NCBI RefSeq assembly: GCF_009914755.1
Contig: NC_060931.1
Length of the DNA: 64,000 nucleotides
Reading direction: 5' to 3' (one strand)
Origin: the human T2T-CHM13v2.0 reference genome, Homo sapiens
Position 1 is the first letter of the stretch. Every line of letters starts with the position of its first letter. This document shows positions 28,665 through 40,418 of the stretch, piece after piece. The translations under genes were made by a program, and so were the position numbers. The notes below the pieces were generated by a model. The model was given only the letters and a program-made list of their open reading frames with translations, was not told where the DNA came from and made no database searches.

Positions 28665-30465
28665 GTCACATAGTCTTCCATGATTAGGCATGCTATCTCT
28701 ACCAGGTCCTAGCTGTACACCAAGGGGTGTTCCCAAAAGGCCTATAATTCAATGCTTCATATCCCATGACCTTGCTACAGGACCCCTATGATCTGAGTTA
28801 TAGTTCTCTGATTGGGAAAAGTCATGAACTCCACATCATGTATTTTCCCACCAGTGATAACCTCTAATATCATGACATCTGCAGAGAGGCTTACATCACA
28901 GCCTGAAACCTTTTTTAAATTAACTTTCTATTTTGAGGTAATTGTAAATTAACATGAAATTGTAATAAATAATAGACATAGATCCTGTATACCTTTTGTA
29001 CAGTTTCCCTCATTGGTGAGCTATTGCAAAATTATGGTAAAATAGAAAAATGAGGATATTGACATAGATTCACTCAAGATCAAGTATGTTTCCATCACCA
29101 CAAGGATCCCTCATGTTGCCCTTTTAAACTCACATCCACTTTACTTCCACCTCCATCTCCTCCTTAACTCTTGTTTTCCTTTTCTGTAATTATGACATTT
29201 AAGTAATAATGTGTAAATGGAAACAGATATTATATGTTTGGAATTGGCTTTTTTCACTCCTTGTAATTCTCTGGAGATTTATCCAGGTTGTTGCATGTAT
29301 TGATAGTCTTTCTTTTTATTGCTGGGTAGTATTCTATGATCTGATTATACCACAGCGTGCTTAATTATTTTGGAGGATATCTGGGTTGTTTCCAGATTTT
29401 GCCTATTACAAATAAAGGTGCAATGAGCATTCATATAAAGGTTTTTGTGTCAACATGAGTTTTAATTTCTCTGTGATAAATGCCCAAGAATTCAATTGGT
29501 AAATCATATGGTAGTTGCATGTTCAGTTCTTTAAGAAACTGCCATACTGTTTTCCAGACTGGCTGTAAAACTTTATATCCCAGTCTCTCTACATAGTTGT
29601 CAGCATATGGTGTTGTCACTATTTTTTTATTTTAGCCATTCTGATTGATGTATAGTGATATTTAATTTTGATTTTAATTTGTATTTCCATAATGACTAAT
29701 GATATTGTGCATCTTTTCCTGTGCTTGTTTGCCATCTGTTTATCCCACTCTGTGAAATATCTGCTCATATCATCTTTTAACATGTCTTGACTATTGTTCC
29801 AGTACTTTCTAAAATGTTTGAGTATTTTCCTTTTCCTAACATGCAGTTACCAAAGTAAATGACTGCAGGTCCTTTTAGGAAAAGACTGAGACTGGTGACC
29901 ATTTATACTTGTCATTATGAGAATTTTCAGGAGTATCAGCCTAGATACACCCATGATGCCTCAAGGTCCCATTGTTTCCCCAAAATGGTCTGAACCTTGA
30001 AATAGCATATATTTGCCATAATTGGGAGTTCATCCTTTGCAGCTAGGCTAATCTGATAATTAAATCTTGACTTTGTCCTGTGTTCACTTCTGGAAGATGA
30101 GAGCCTTCTTGTATACCACTAGGAGGCACTAAGGCTTTCACAGTTAGTTTTTTAATTGCTAATTAATCACACTTGCCTATATATTATCTTACTCAGAGTG
30201 AGCTTAGTAAAAACCATTCAATTCCACTATTCTTATAATTGCAGTTTCTCTCCGTATTTCTCCAGCAGCTTTACACTGTGCCAGCTAAGGCATTCACATC
30301 CTTTGGTATGCCACCCCAGTACTCCACGATTGTTTCAACAACTGTGCTGCCCAGTTGTGAAAGGGATTATCTGTACTCCACTTACAGATTGCCATGTGGT
30401 GGGGAGCAAAGCAGCTTCAAATTCCCATCCAAGTATGGCTTTCTTGAGTTACTCCTGGTACTACC
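28665..30465 (-). mobile_element. ERVL internal remnant (RNase H-like at 28665-28910), split by L1MD
   Basis: Degenerate ERVL pol-like sequence; PBS-like ggtagtaccaggagt adjacent to LTR33. Confidence 0.6.
28912..29765 (-). mobile_element. L1MD 3' fragment
   Basis: gatattgacat...tttccatcaccacaaggatccctcatgttgccc; ORF 29431-29619 (WKTVWQFLKELN) is the L1 ORF2 tail. Confidence 0.85.
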
Positions 30466-30810
30466 TGTGCCAGGTTAGATTCTTAGGGAATCAGAATCTG
30501 TGATGGAGATTAGTATACAGGTGGTTTATTTAGGTTTTGGGGGATCAACACCTCTGGAGCGGAAGGGAAAGAAGCAAGATTTTCCAGAAAGAGAACAAGA
30601 ACTCAATCCAGTCTCAACAGAAGCCTCAGTTGATCTTCTGGGGAGATGTGAAGATGGATTGACCCTCCAGAGATACTCTGATTGAGGGAAGGGAGACAGG
30701 TCTTTCTATGCCGCTTTTACCTGGGAAGGAGATATAACCATGGGTGACCTAGTTCTCTTCAGCCACCTGATGGAACAGATACTTGAGGATTATCTGCCAG
30801 ACTTGCTCTT
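30466..30810 (-). mobile_element. LTR33
   Basis: tgtgccaggttagattc...gatggagatt...gggatcaacacctctgga. Confidence 0.75.
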
Positions 30811-31080
30811 AGCATTTCATTTAACAAGGTATCTAGGATATTATTTCATAGTATTATATATAGATATTTCCAATTCCATTGCAAAGTTGCATAGTACCCT
30901 ATAATGTGCATATACCTAAGTTTATACAGTTCTACTCATATATATATGAGTAAGACTAAATAAAGTATCTCTCTCTCTCTCTATCTCTCTCTCAAGGGTC
31001 AAAGGTCATATATGTATATATGTTTGTATGGGCTGTTGATGACCCTAACTCCTGTGTTAGGAGCATCAACTATGTATCAT

Positions 31081-31081
<1 letters not shown>

Positions 31082-31160
<79 letters not shown>
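31082..31160. repeat. Compound (TG)n(TA)n microsatellite
   Basis: Directly visible. Confidence 0.95.
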
Positions 31161-31165
<5 letters not shown>

Positions 31166-31179
31166 ACTACATATACCTG

Positions 31180-31672
31180 TATTTGACCTTTGAATCACAC
31201 AGGGGTTAGGGGCATTGACACCCTATGCAGTTGAAAATTCACCTATAACTTTTGACTCCCCAAAAACATGACTACTAATAGCCTACTGTTGACTAGAAAT
31301 TTTACAAATAACATAAACAGTCATTTCACACATATTTATATATTATTTTTATTATACACTATATTCTTAAAGTAAGCTAAAGGAAATATTATTGAAATCA
31401 TAAAGAAGAGAAAATTTATTTACAATTCATGAAATAAAAGTAGACCATCATAAAGGTCTTCATCTTCATCATCTTCACATTGAGTAGACTGAGGAAGAGG
31501 AGAAGGGGGAGGAGGAGGCGGAGGGGTTGGTCTTTCTGTCTCAGGAGTGGCAGAGGCAGAAGAGGTGGAGGAGGTGGAAGGGAAAGCAGAAGAGGCAGGC
31601 ATACTAGGTGTAACTTTTATTGAAAAAAATTGAGTGTAAGTAGGCCCATGCAGTTTACACCTGTGTTCATAG
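31180..31672 (-). mobile_element. Tigger2a (MER28) non-autonomous element
   Basis: Same terminal sequence as 19232-19660, without the transposase. Confidence 0.85.
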
Positions 31673-32251
31673 AAGTGGAATTGCTTGCTCAAAGGGTAAA
31701 TATATATTCAATTTTGCTGAATATTTCTAATATCTGGTTCAAGGCATTTTACTATTTTACAGTTTGAATAGTGAGTAATGACAGTACCTGTTTATTCATA
31801 GTCTCATCAACACACTATATCGTTAAGCTTCTGGTTTTCCAATCTTGTATGTGAGAAACATATCAATGTAGCATTAATTTGCATTTCTCTTATTATGAAT
31901 GATACTAAGCATATTTTCATATGGGTAGGAGTCATTGGCATTTTTAACTGTCTCTTCATTTTTCTAGCTCATTTTTCTATCACATTGTTGGCTCTTTTAA
32001 TGTTTATTTTTATCATTTGGAAGTTCTTTATACATTGAGATAGTAACACTTTGTACCATTATAAATCTTTTTTTTTCAGTTTTTCATTGTCCTTTAACTT
32101 GGCTCATGGTATATTTTTCTATGTAAAGTTTTATCTTATTTTTGTGTAACCAAATGTGTCTGTCTTTTCTCATATTGCTTCTGGGTTTGGGGTTATGATT
32201 AGAAAATAATTCCTCACTTCTGGTTTATAGGATAATTCACACATGATTGTT

Positions 32252-33091
32252 TGTGAGTAGTCTGGCTCCATAGCAAAACCTGTGTGTAGGTCAGGTGCGG
32301 TGGCTCACACTGGTAATCTCAGCTACTCAGGAGGCTGAGGCAGGAGAATTGCTTGAACCCAGGAGGGGGAGGCTGCAGTGAGCTGAGATTACTCCAATGC
32401 ACTCCAGCCTGTGTGAGCAGAGCAAGATTCCGTCTCAAAAAAACAAAAAACAAAACAAAACAAAAACCTTATGTGTGATATTTTGGTGAAAACATAGACA
32501 GTTACACAGCCTTTACCTGGCAGGCCTCATGGAGCAAAGCTGCCCCGCAGTCTGAGACTCTGTGCAGTCTGGAAGGAGTTGCAGTTAAGAACTCGGCACT
32601 CCTTCCCACCCCAAGGTTCTTAAGATTTCTGTATTTCTAACCCAAATGCCTCCACTTGGAGGTCTCCTTGTTGTGGGAGTGGGTGGCGGAACAGGCTTGG
32701 CTAAATGCTTTCTCAGAGGCCTTTGTCACCAACACCGCTTATCAGGAGGGCTTGAAGACACTTCTCTCCACTCTGACTCACCATTCAGTACTTTTCCACT
32801 TCTAGACCTTTCTTGTCTCCCTCTCCTGGCTCGCAGGGGTGTACAAAGGCAGGAGACTTTTGTTTTGGGCTCCCTGGGCAGTGTGAAGTTTCCCCCCATC
32901 TGCACTGATACATCTGACCTTTGCCCTGGGCCACTGCCAGGGAAAAATAAAACACTGGGGAGCTAGTGCTTTTGGTGCTTTTTTCCTGTTTAGCTTCTTG
33001 CTTAAAATATCTCGGTGTGTGAATTTGGTTTGTTGTCCTAATTTACCACTCGACACCTGGCAGCTCAGTTCTTTCCAGCTCAGCTCTTGCC
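32252..33091 (+). mobile_element. ERV-type solo LTR (MER76-like, tentative) containing an Alu monomer
   Basis: TG...CA-bounded GC-richer block inside old L1 sequence. Confidence 0.45.
32289..32465 (+). mobile_element. Alu monomer (left-arm 5' end joined to right arm)
   Basis: ggtcaggtgcggtggctcac then directly cagctactcaggaggctgagg...; A-tail; degenerate TSD aaaacc..tgtgt. Confidence 0.85.
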
Positions 33092-35045
33092 AATTTTAGA
33101 TTAGTTTAATTTTTACATTCCTATCTCTGATCCGTTGGTAATTCAGCCTGGTGGTTGGTGCGAGGAGTGAATCTGATGTTACCTTTTCTTATACAGTTAT
33201 CTTGTTCTTACACCATCACTTATTTAAAAGAATGCTTTTTCCTACTGATTTGAAATATAATCTATAAACTAATCATGTTTTAGTGGTTAAATCTTCTGCC
33301 TAGGAATCAAGCACATCACTTCCAATCATGATTTATTGGCAAAGGCAAGATATGTAATGGAGCATGATGTCCTACCCTACTCCATATAACCCTAGTATAA
33401 CCCTATTTATAAACAACAAATAAAATTGATCTCACATTCCTATCCCCTCCTGTCCTGATGCACTGCCCTCCACCCCCAACCCCACTCCCCTGTAAGAAAT
33501 AGCAAATCAGGAAATCATTGTAATTTCTGGTTGTTTTCATGCTTAATAAATGATAAATACTAGAGGTAATAATGGTAACCCTTATTTTGTTACTGAATTT
33601 AGAAAAGTTTCTTCTAGTGTTTTTCCAGTAAGCATGATGCTGGATTTGGTATTAAAATAGATACACCTTATTATTCTTATTTTACTGAATATGTTCAATT
33701 TTGCCAAATTCCAAATTTTCAACATCAATGGAAACTAATATATAATTTTTCCTGAGATCTACTAAGAGGATGCATAACATTAAAACATTTCTTAATTATA
33801 AACCCTTCTTCTGTTCCTTATGTAATCTCTCACTAGGTGATGATTTATTATGACATTAATGTGCTTTTCAATACTTGTGAGGAATGAAGAGTATATTTAA
33901 ATGATTTGACACAGTGTCTGGCATAAAAGTACAAGCAATGCTATATATTAATATTTACCTACATGTTCTGTATTTTTGGGTTTCGTTTGCTTTATATATA
34001 AATTTTAAATTATCTAGACTTTAATTTAGCTTAATATGTAAAAGATGTCCAATTTCCTGCCCTCCCTTCCTCCCTTTCTTCCTTGCCTGTCAACCTGTTA
34101 ACTGAAGATTTTAGTAAGTTGTACTGACTATTCACACATTTCTCCCTCAATTGGAAATGCTATATTTATCATATATGAATTATTTGTTCTGTCTCATTGT
34201 AGCCTCTTGCCCCAGTACCATATCAACTTAGGTTCTCCCAAGATGCTTCCTGTTTTTTCTCTTACTTCAATGCCTTTCCTAGTGCTACAATCCATCTCAT
34301 TTTGAAGCATACCACCTCTCACCACTCTCTGTCTCTATTGTTGCTGGCATTTGCACAGTCAGTAAGAATATTTTTTAAAAACACTTGAAAATTTTTGGCA
34401 GTCAGCAGGAATAGATAGGGAGTAGCGAAAATGATGAGTACATTCCTGTCTGTCCCTATGCTGTGGTTTGGAGGTTAGCTATTTGAGATTACATTCTTCA
34501 CATTCCCTGGGCCCTCTGAAGCCAGGATCAGAGAGTCATGTAAGTCAAAGTTTTACTCTACCTTTCTTAAAGCTAAAATTAATCTAGGTGAAAGTGCAGA
34601 ACACGTGCAATTCAGAAATGTATTTTTAAAATGTGACACAATTAGTGATGTACCTAGATATTTAGGATATGATCTTTTGATATTTTCTGTCCAATTATTG
34701 TGGCTCTCAGCGTCTCTCTTTTTATGATTTTTTATGGGTATTTTAATTAAAAGTAAGAAGAGGTTGATTCAGGTCTAGCTAGGCTGTGATCATTATAATG
34801 TGAAAATTCCATTACTTGTTTATAATGATAGGAATCAGTAGGCTGTTAAGGTTTGCCTAAAGCCCTTCACCAAACTCTACGTTTTATTGGAATCTAAGTT
34901 TTTACTCACTTCTCTCAGATATCTATCTATCTAATATAATTTAGATAATACGTACTTAAACCTTCAAAACGTGATTGAGTAAACCAGGAGTTACATTTCA
35001 CTAAAGTTTATTTTTTATTTTTTTAAGATGAGGCAGCTAAAATAC

Positions 35046-35239
35046 CGTGAGTTGCAAATATGTGGAATGCTTTGTACGTGTTTGTTTTCCAAACAAAACT
35101 TTCAATAAAATCTCCCCCCTTTAATGGCATTTGCCAAGTCAACAGATCCCAGAGCAGGAATTCTCTCATTCTAAGGGATTAGTGTGTGGGAGACGAGATG
35201 AGCATCACTTCACTGGCAATTGTATGCGGAGGAGTGCAC
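35046..35239 (-). pseudogene. Pseudo-exon (...REFLLWDLL...TYKAFHIFATH)
   Basis: Acceptor tattaacttttttag; donor acg|gtattt; one frame has a single stop. Confidence 0.4.
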
Positions 35240-35474
35240 CTAAAAAAGTTAATATCAGAAGCCATGGCCCTGATCCCACTTCATGAGTTTTCATTAATAA
35301 ATAAAATGATCATATAGCAAGGAAATAATTTATACATCTATTAATAGTTGTCTCTTTCAGAAAGGTTTGTCAACTATTCCTTTAGTTTAGAAGTTTCCAG
35401 TATTGCTCTGTATAACAAATTCTGAGTGACACAAGGGGAGAGTTAGGTGAGAAAGAGGAAATGCACAGTTACAC

Positions 35475-35607
35475 CTTGGACCCTTTTTTCCCTTTACTGT
35501 TTTGGTTTTGAAGCCAGGCCCAATGTCATCATCGCAATGGATTTGTGAGGCTGGTATGTTTCATGGTTCTTGATTCCTTTCATGAATCTTTGCATAAAAT
35601 GTCATGT
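35475..35607 (-). pseudogene. Pseudo-exon MTFYAKIHERNQEP*NIPASQIHCDDDIGPGFKTKTVKGKKGP (frame ambiguous)
   Basis: Acceptor atccttcccaacag; single TGA (possible CGA>TGA); donor weak. Confidence 0.4.
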
Positions 35608-36007
35608 CTGTTGGGAAGGATTTTATATAATTCATCCTGCTGATAATAACTTTTGCCTTTATATTTTAGTGTTTTTAATGTTGGAAATAATTTTCTATGT
35701 CTGAATTTATTTGGGGCTTTGCTATAATATTCAATAAGAAAAACTTTTTAATAAACTTTTGAAGAGATTAAGTTGTCCTCACTCTAGTGAAAGACCATTC
35801 AACTATTTTAATTTTCCCCTATATTCAAGGCTTTTTAATGTTTCAAGAAACAATCTTATTTAATGTTACAGAGAAATACTTGTAATAATGACTATGTATG
35901 TGAGTCCAACGTCAGTTTAGATATTTGAAGTTATATCCAATGCTTTCATAATATATGTATGTCAACTTAAAGATACAATAGCAGATTGAAGTCAGAAAAA
36001 TATTTAC

Positions 36008-36141
36008 AGTTGCAAAAATGTGATACTGAGACTATAGTTACAAATTGACTTTGGCCATTTGCTCTAGGCTGATGAAAATTCTGACATCTATGGCAAGGTA
36101 GGTCTTCTTGAAAATGAGCACAGTTTTCCATTTTGTTTTCC
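36008..36141 (-). pseudogene. Pseudo-exon (KTKWKTVLIFKKTYLAIDVRIFISLEQMAK... or ENKMENCAHF...)
   Basis: Branch-like gactaac; acceptor ctttacag; donor act|gtaaat. Confidence 0.45.
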
Positions 36142-36261
36142 CTGTAAAGTCTGATCATGTTAGTCAGATAAATAGGCAGAGATAGAGATTGTCAATTTTG
36201 TAGGACTTGGGCTACTATGGTTAAAACTGCAAGCAGATTTATTTATTTTTTCTGGTCTTAC

Positions 36262-36472
36262 ATATAGTTGTCTTCCTTTGTTTATCACTTTTTTGAAAAA
36301 TCAACGTTAGATCTTCCATGATTAAATTTATGACCAAATAGGGATCCAGAATAGTTTTATTGTAATGAATTGCGTTGAAATTCTTTCATTTCTAACAAGA
36401 CATTTTAAATAGCCAAAAGATCACAAGGTTTCACCCCTTATGCTTTATACTGGTGGTGATTCCATTGGATAG
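36262..36472 (-). pseudogene. Pseudo-exon with RGS-like core KHKG-NLVIFW(L)AI*NVLLEMKEFQR...KTILDPYL
   Basis: Acceptor ttttcctccatatttgcag; donor tat|gtaaga; motif assembled across 2-3 small frameshifts. Confidence 0.55.
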
Positions 36473-36959
36473 CTGCAAATATGGAGGAAAACTTGTTAAA
36501 CTAAAATTTAAAATATCCAGTTTATCATACCAATAAGTTTATTCAAATAGAATAAAATCAAATTTTTTGTTTCTTAAATCCTTGTAGAGATTCTCTTTCT
36601 ACAAATATGTTAAGCTCTCTCTGTTATCTGTCCTCTTGAGTAGCTTAAGTACTATTGATTAGCTATAGCCTTCTCCCTAAGTAGCTGCCAGGTATTAAAA
36701 TGTAAAGCAAAACAAAAATTCAAATAAATCGGATTCTGAGTACATTCTTCCTTCTTTGGAAAGGGCTAGTGCCTCCTCATTAAATGATTAACACACTTGA
36801 AAAAATATATTTAAGTAAATGAGATAATAAACCTAAAGATATTTTCAGTTTCACATTTCCTAGAAATTTATTTCTGGAAATAAATTTATTCCTAGGGGCT
36901 CTCTTGGCAACTCAAATTAATTCTAAAATCTCACTTTTCATTTCACCTTACTTCATTTA

Positions 36960-37080
36960 TTCCCCCAATAAACTTCAAGCTACCTAAGATAAGAGACTAT
37001 GGCTTATTTATCTTTTAATCCATGATGATTAGCTCAATGCCTGCTATAAATTAAGGGTTCAATAAATATTTATTGAATTA
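36960..37080 (+). mobile_element. L2 3' end
   Basis: ...aatgcctgc...ttcaataaatatttattgaat. Confidence 0.65.
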
Positions 37081-37631
37081 TTAAACCTGTCCCTCCTCCT
37101 GGGTTGCCAACTTAGTCTCTCAGGCTTTGAAGTTCTGTATGATCTCTGTCTCCTAAATTCTATCAGTTCCCAAATTGTATAGACTCCCAAACAAATAACA
37201 GCTTTCAAATACAACTTTTTCTATATTCCCACTACTAGTTCACTGGTTTTTCATTGCTTCCCTCTTATACCAAAGCTAATCGTTCCTGTTTCCTCCATTT
37301 TCAATCTCTCTGTTTTCCCATCTCTGCTAAATACTGCTGACAGATAAAATATTCCAGAAGCATAGAACTTACAACATCGCTTCCTTAGACGGACATTTTT
37401 AAACCTCTTCCATATCTAAAGAATAAACTACAACCTTCTTTGCATTATAGGTACTCTGTAATGTAGTCTTAATCCCTTTTCTGTAAAGGACCTACAGATT
37501 GTCTATTATTCTTTCCATTTCTCTGCAATTGTATATAATTCATGTGGCTTGGGGAAGAGGAGAATCAATTTCCTAAGCTTAAGGCTGGCCTTGATATTTT
37601 TCTAATACAGCTCAGGTTAATTCCATCCTAC

Positions 37632-37666
37632 CTGGTAACAATTCTTGGTACATTAGTTCCCGTCTT
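37632..37666 (-). pseudogene. 35-nt pseudo-exon (RRELMYQELLP or KTGTNVPRIVT)
   Basis: Acceptor ttctcatgtatttatctcag; donor CAG|gtagga. Confidence 0.5.
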
Positions 37667-37945
37667 CTGAGATAAATACATGAGAAGTCATTCATTTACC
37701 AAAAAAATAAATAAATAAATAAAAATACAAAAAGGAGCCAAGTTTCAGGAAGATTGAAAATACGCTGTGTAATATAATCACCTTTGCCTTTGGGTGTCTG
37801 CAATTCACTGGATAAACTACTGTAGCTCCATTATGACTTGAAGTCTTTTTATCCAAGTTGTTGATAACTTACAGATTTTCATGACTCAAACCATGCTTAA
37901 CTTGATTTGAAACTCAGTGCCTTTATCAGATCCACTCACTCTCAC

Positions 37946-38081
37946 CTTCTGCAGATCTTCAAAGATGTCCAAGACCTTCTCTGTAGCAATGCAACACTTC
38001 ATGGCATCCTATGCTATTTATGATTATCAATCCACTGCACAAGATAGTTCTCTAGCTTCTTAAATATATCGTGTTGTGCTT
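37946..38081 (-). pseudogene. Pseudo-exon (E)AQHDIFKKLENYLVQWIDNHK*...
   Basis: Acceptor ttcaccatgtttcag; donor AAG|gtgaga; RGS helix 7/8-like AQ..IF..LE. Confidence 0.55.
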
Positions 38082-38604
38082 CTGAAACATGGTGAATATT
38101 TATGGAAACAACAACTCTATCCCAATTTTTAAAATTTTCTCACACATAGCAAAATAACACAGACAGCAGATGTGTGTGCCAAGCTTATGTGCTTTATATA
38201 TTGATTACTTTCAATATTTTTTATCACTTCAAAATTTTCCTCTAAATGTACAGGCTTTTTTAGGTCTTATACACTTATATACTTTCTTTGCAGAATTTGT
38301 TTTACTTTCTTGGAAGTCATTTTTACTCAACAATTTGAGGAAGATGATATGATAATGCACAATGTGAAAAGTAATCCTAGCTAGGAGATAATTTAATCAC
38401 AACTGCTCTATTGTATATGCAAATTTATTATAGCAAGTTTTCTGTTCAATTTGAAAATTCTGAGTAAGATTTGTAAGTTATTGCAGTAAATATTTTCATA
38501 GTGATAATTTAGAATGTGCTGACTGAGATTATATTATATTATGTATATACTCTTTGGTCCAGTTATATCAAAGTACTTTTTTGCCATTTATTCACCACGC
38601 TCTT

Positions 38605-39822
38605 TTTTTTTGTTGGACTTTTTATTTTTATTTTTTTCTTCAAATTTTAGGTTCAGGGGTACATGTGCAGGATGTGCACGTTTGTTACACAGGTAAATGT
38701 GTGCCATGGTGGTTTGCCACACAGATCATACCCTCACCTAGGTATTAAATCCAGCATGCATTAGCTATTCTTCTTGATGCTCTCTCTCTTCCCACGCCAC
38801 CCTCCAATAGGCCCCAGTGTGTGTTGTTCTCCACCATGTGTTCATGTGTTCTCATCATTCAGCTCCCACTTATAAGTGAGAACATGTGGTATTTGGTTTT
38901 CTGTTCCCATGTCAGTTTGCTGAAGATAATGGCTTCCAGCTCCATCCATGGCCCTGCGAAGGCATGATCTTATTCCTTTTCAAAGCTGCATAGTATTCCA
39001 TGGTGTATATGTACCACAGTTTCTTTATCCAGTCTATCATTGTTGGGCATTTAGGTTGATTCCATGTCCTTGATATTGTGAATAGTGCTGCAATGAACAT
39101 ATGTGTGCATCTGTCTTTATACTAGAATGATTTATATTCCTCTGGGTATATACCCAGTAATGGGATTGCTGGGTTGAATGGTATTTCTTTTTTCAGGTCT
39201 TTGAGAAATCATCACACTGATTTCTACATTGGCTGAGATAATTTACCCTGCAACCAACAGTGTATAAGCTTTCCTTTCTCTCTGCATCCCTGCCAGAATC
39301 TGTTATTTTTTGACTTTTAATAATGGCCATCCTGACTGATGTTAGATGGTATCTGATTGTGGTTTTGATTTGCATTTCTCTAATGATTAGTGATACTGAG
39401 CTTTTTTTCATATGATTGTTGGCTGCATGTATGTTTTCTTTTGAAAGTGCCTGCTCAATTCCTTTGTCCACTTTTTAATGGGGTTGTTTGTTTTTTTCTT
39501 GTAAATTTGTTTAAGTTCCCTATAGATGCTGGATATTAGACCTTTATTGGATGCATAGTTTGCAAAAATGTTTTCCCATTCTGTAGTTTGTATAGTCACT
39601 CTATTCATGGTTTCCTTTGCTGTGCAGAATCTCTTTAGTGTAATTATGTCCCATTTGTCAATTTTTGCTTTTGTTGCAATTGCTTTTGGCATTTTCCTCA
39701 TGAAATCTTTGCCTGTGCCTAAGTCCTGAATGGTATTGCCTAGATTTTCTTCCAAGGTTTTTATAGTTTTGGGTTTCACATTTAAGTCTTTACTCCATCT
39801 TGACTTAATTGTTGTATATGGT
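38605..39822 (-). mobile_element. L1PA8/10-like 3' fragment
   Basis: ORF2 C-terminal peptides (ORFs 38912-39779); degenerate 15-bp TSD attcaccacgctctt/atttaccatgttctt. Confidence 0.92.
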
Positions 39823-40004
39823 ATTTACCATGTTCTTAACTGTATCCATCACTTGGAATCTCTCTTTCTGAAGTCTCCTCCCTGTTATGTTTCAGAGGTT
39901 GAAAATGCACTGATTTTGATGATGTAGGTCATGCACCATTTGCAGTGTTGAATTTCATTTCCTACCAATCAGAAGAGAACACATTTATCTGAATTCCCCT
40001 GGCT

Positions 40005-40365
40005 TCTTCATTCATTAATTCGACAAATATTATCAAGTTTCTATTATGTACAAACACTAGTCTAGACACTGGCAATAGAATTGTGAAAAAAAATGGACTA
40101 AAACATTTTCCCTTATGCCGCTTATATTCTACTAAGAGACATAAGCAGTAGTGTACTGAAGTTAGCTCCCACTCGCTCCCAAGAGTTGATTGTGAGTGTG
40201 TCTTTACAGCTCTGCATTCAGTGACATCATGTTGGCAACTTGAAACTAGTCATAGCTCGAGTATCTACAACATGGAATTCAGCAAATGCTGTAAATCAAC
40301 TTTGTCTTTTCCTCTAGAAAGCCAGTTTACAAGCACACCTAAGTCCAAATAAAAGATTATATCTA

Positions 40366-40418
<53 letters not shown>

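Noticed and set aside
36576-36685. Minus-strand peptide LLREKAIANQ*YL as an RGS helix 5 exon
   Set aside because: No donor found, and its position does not fit the domain order of neighbouring exons.
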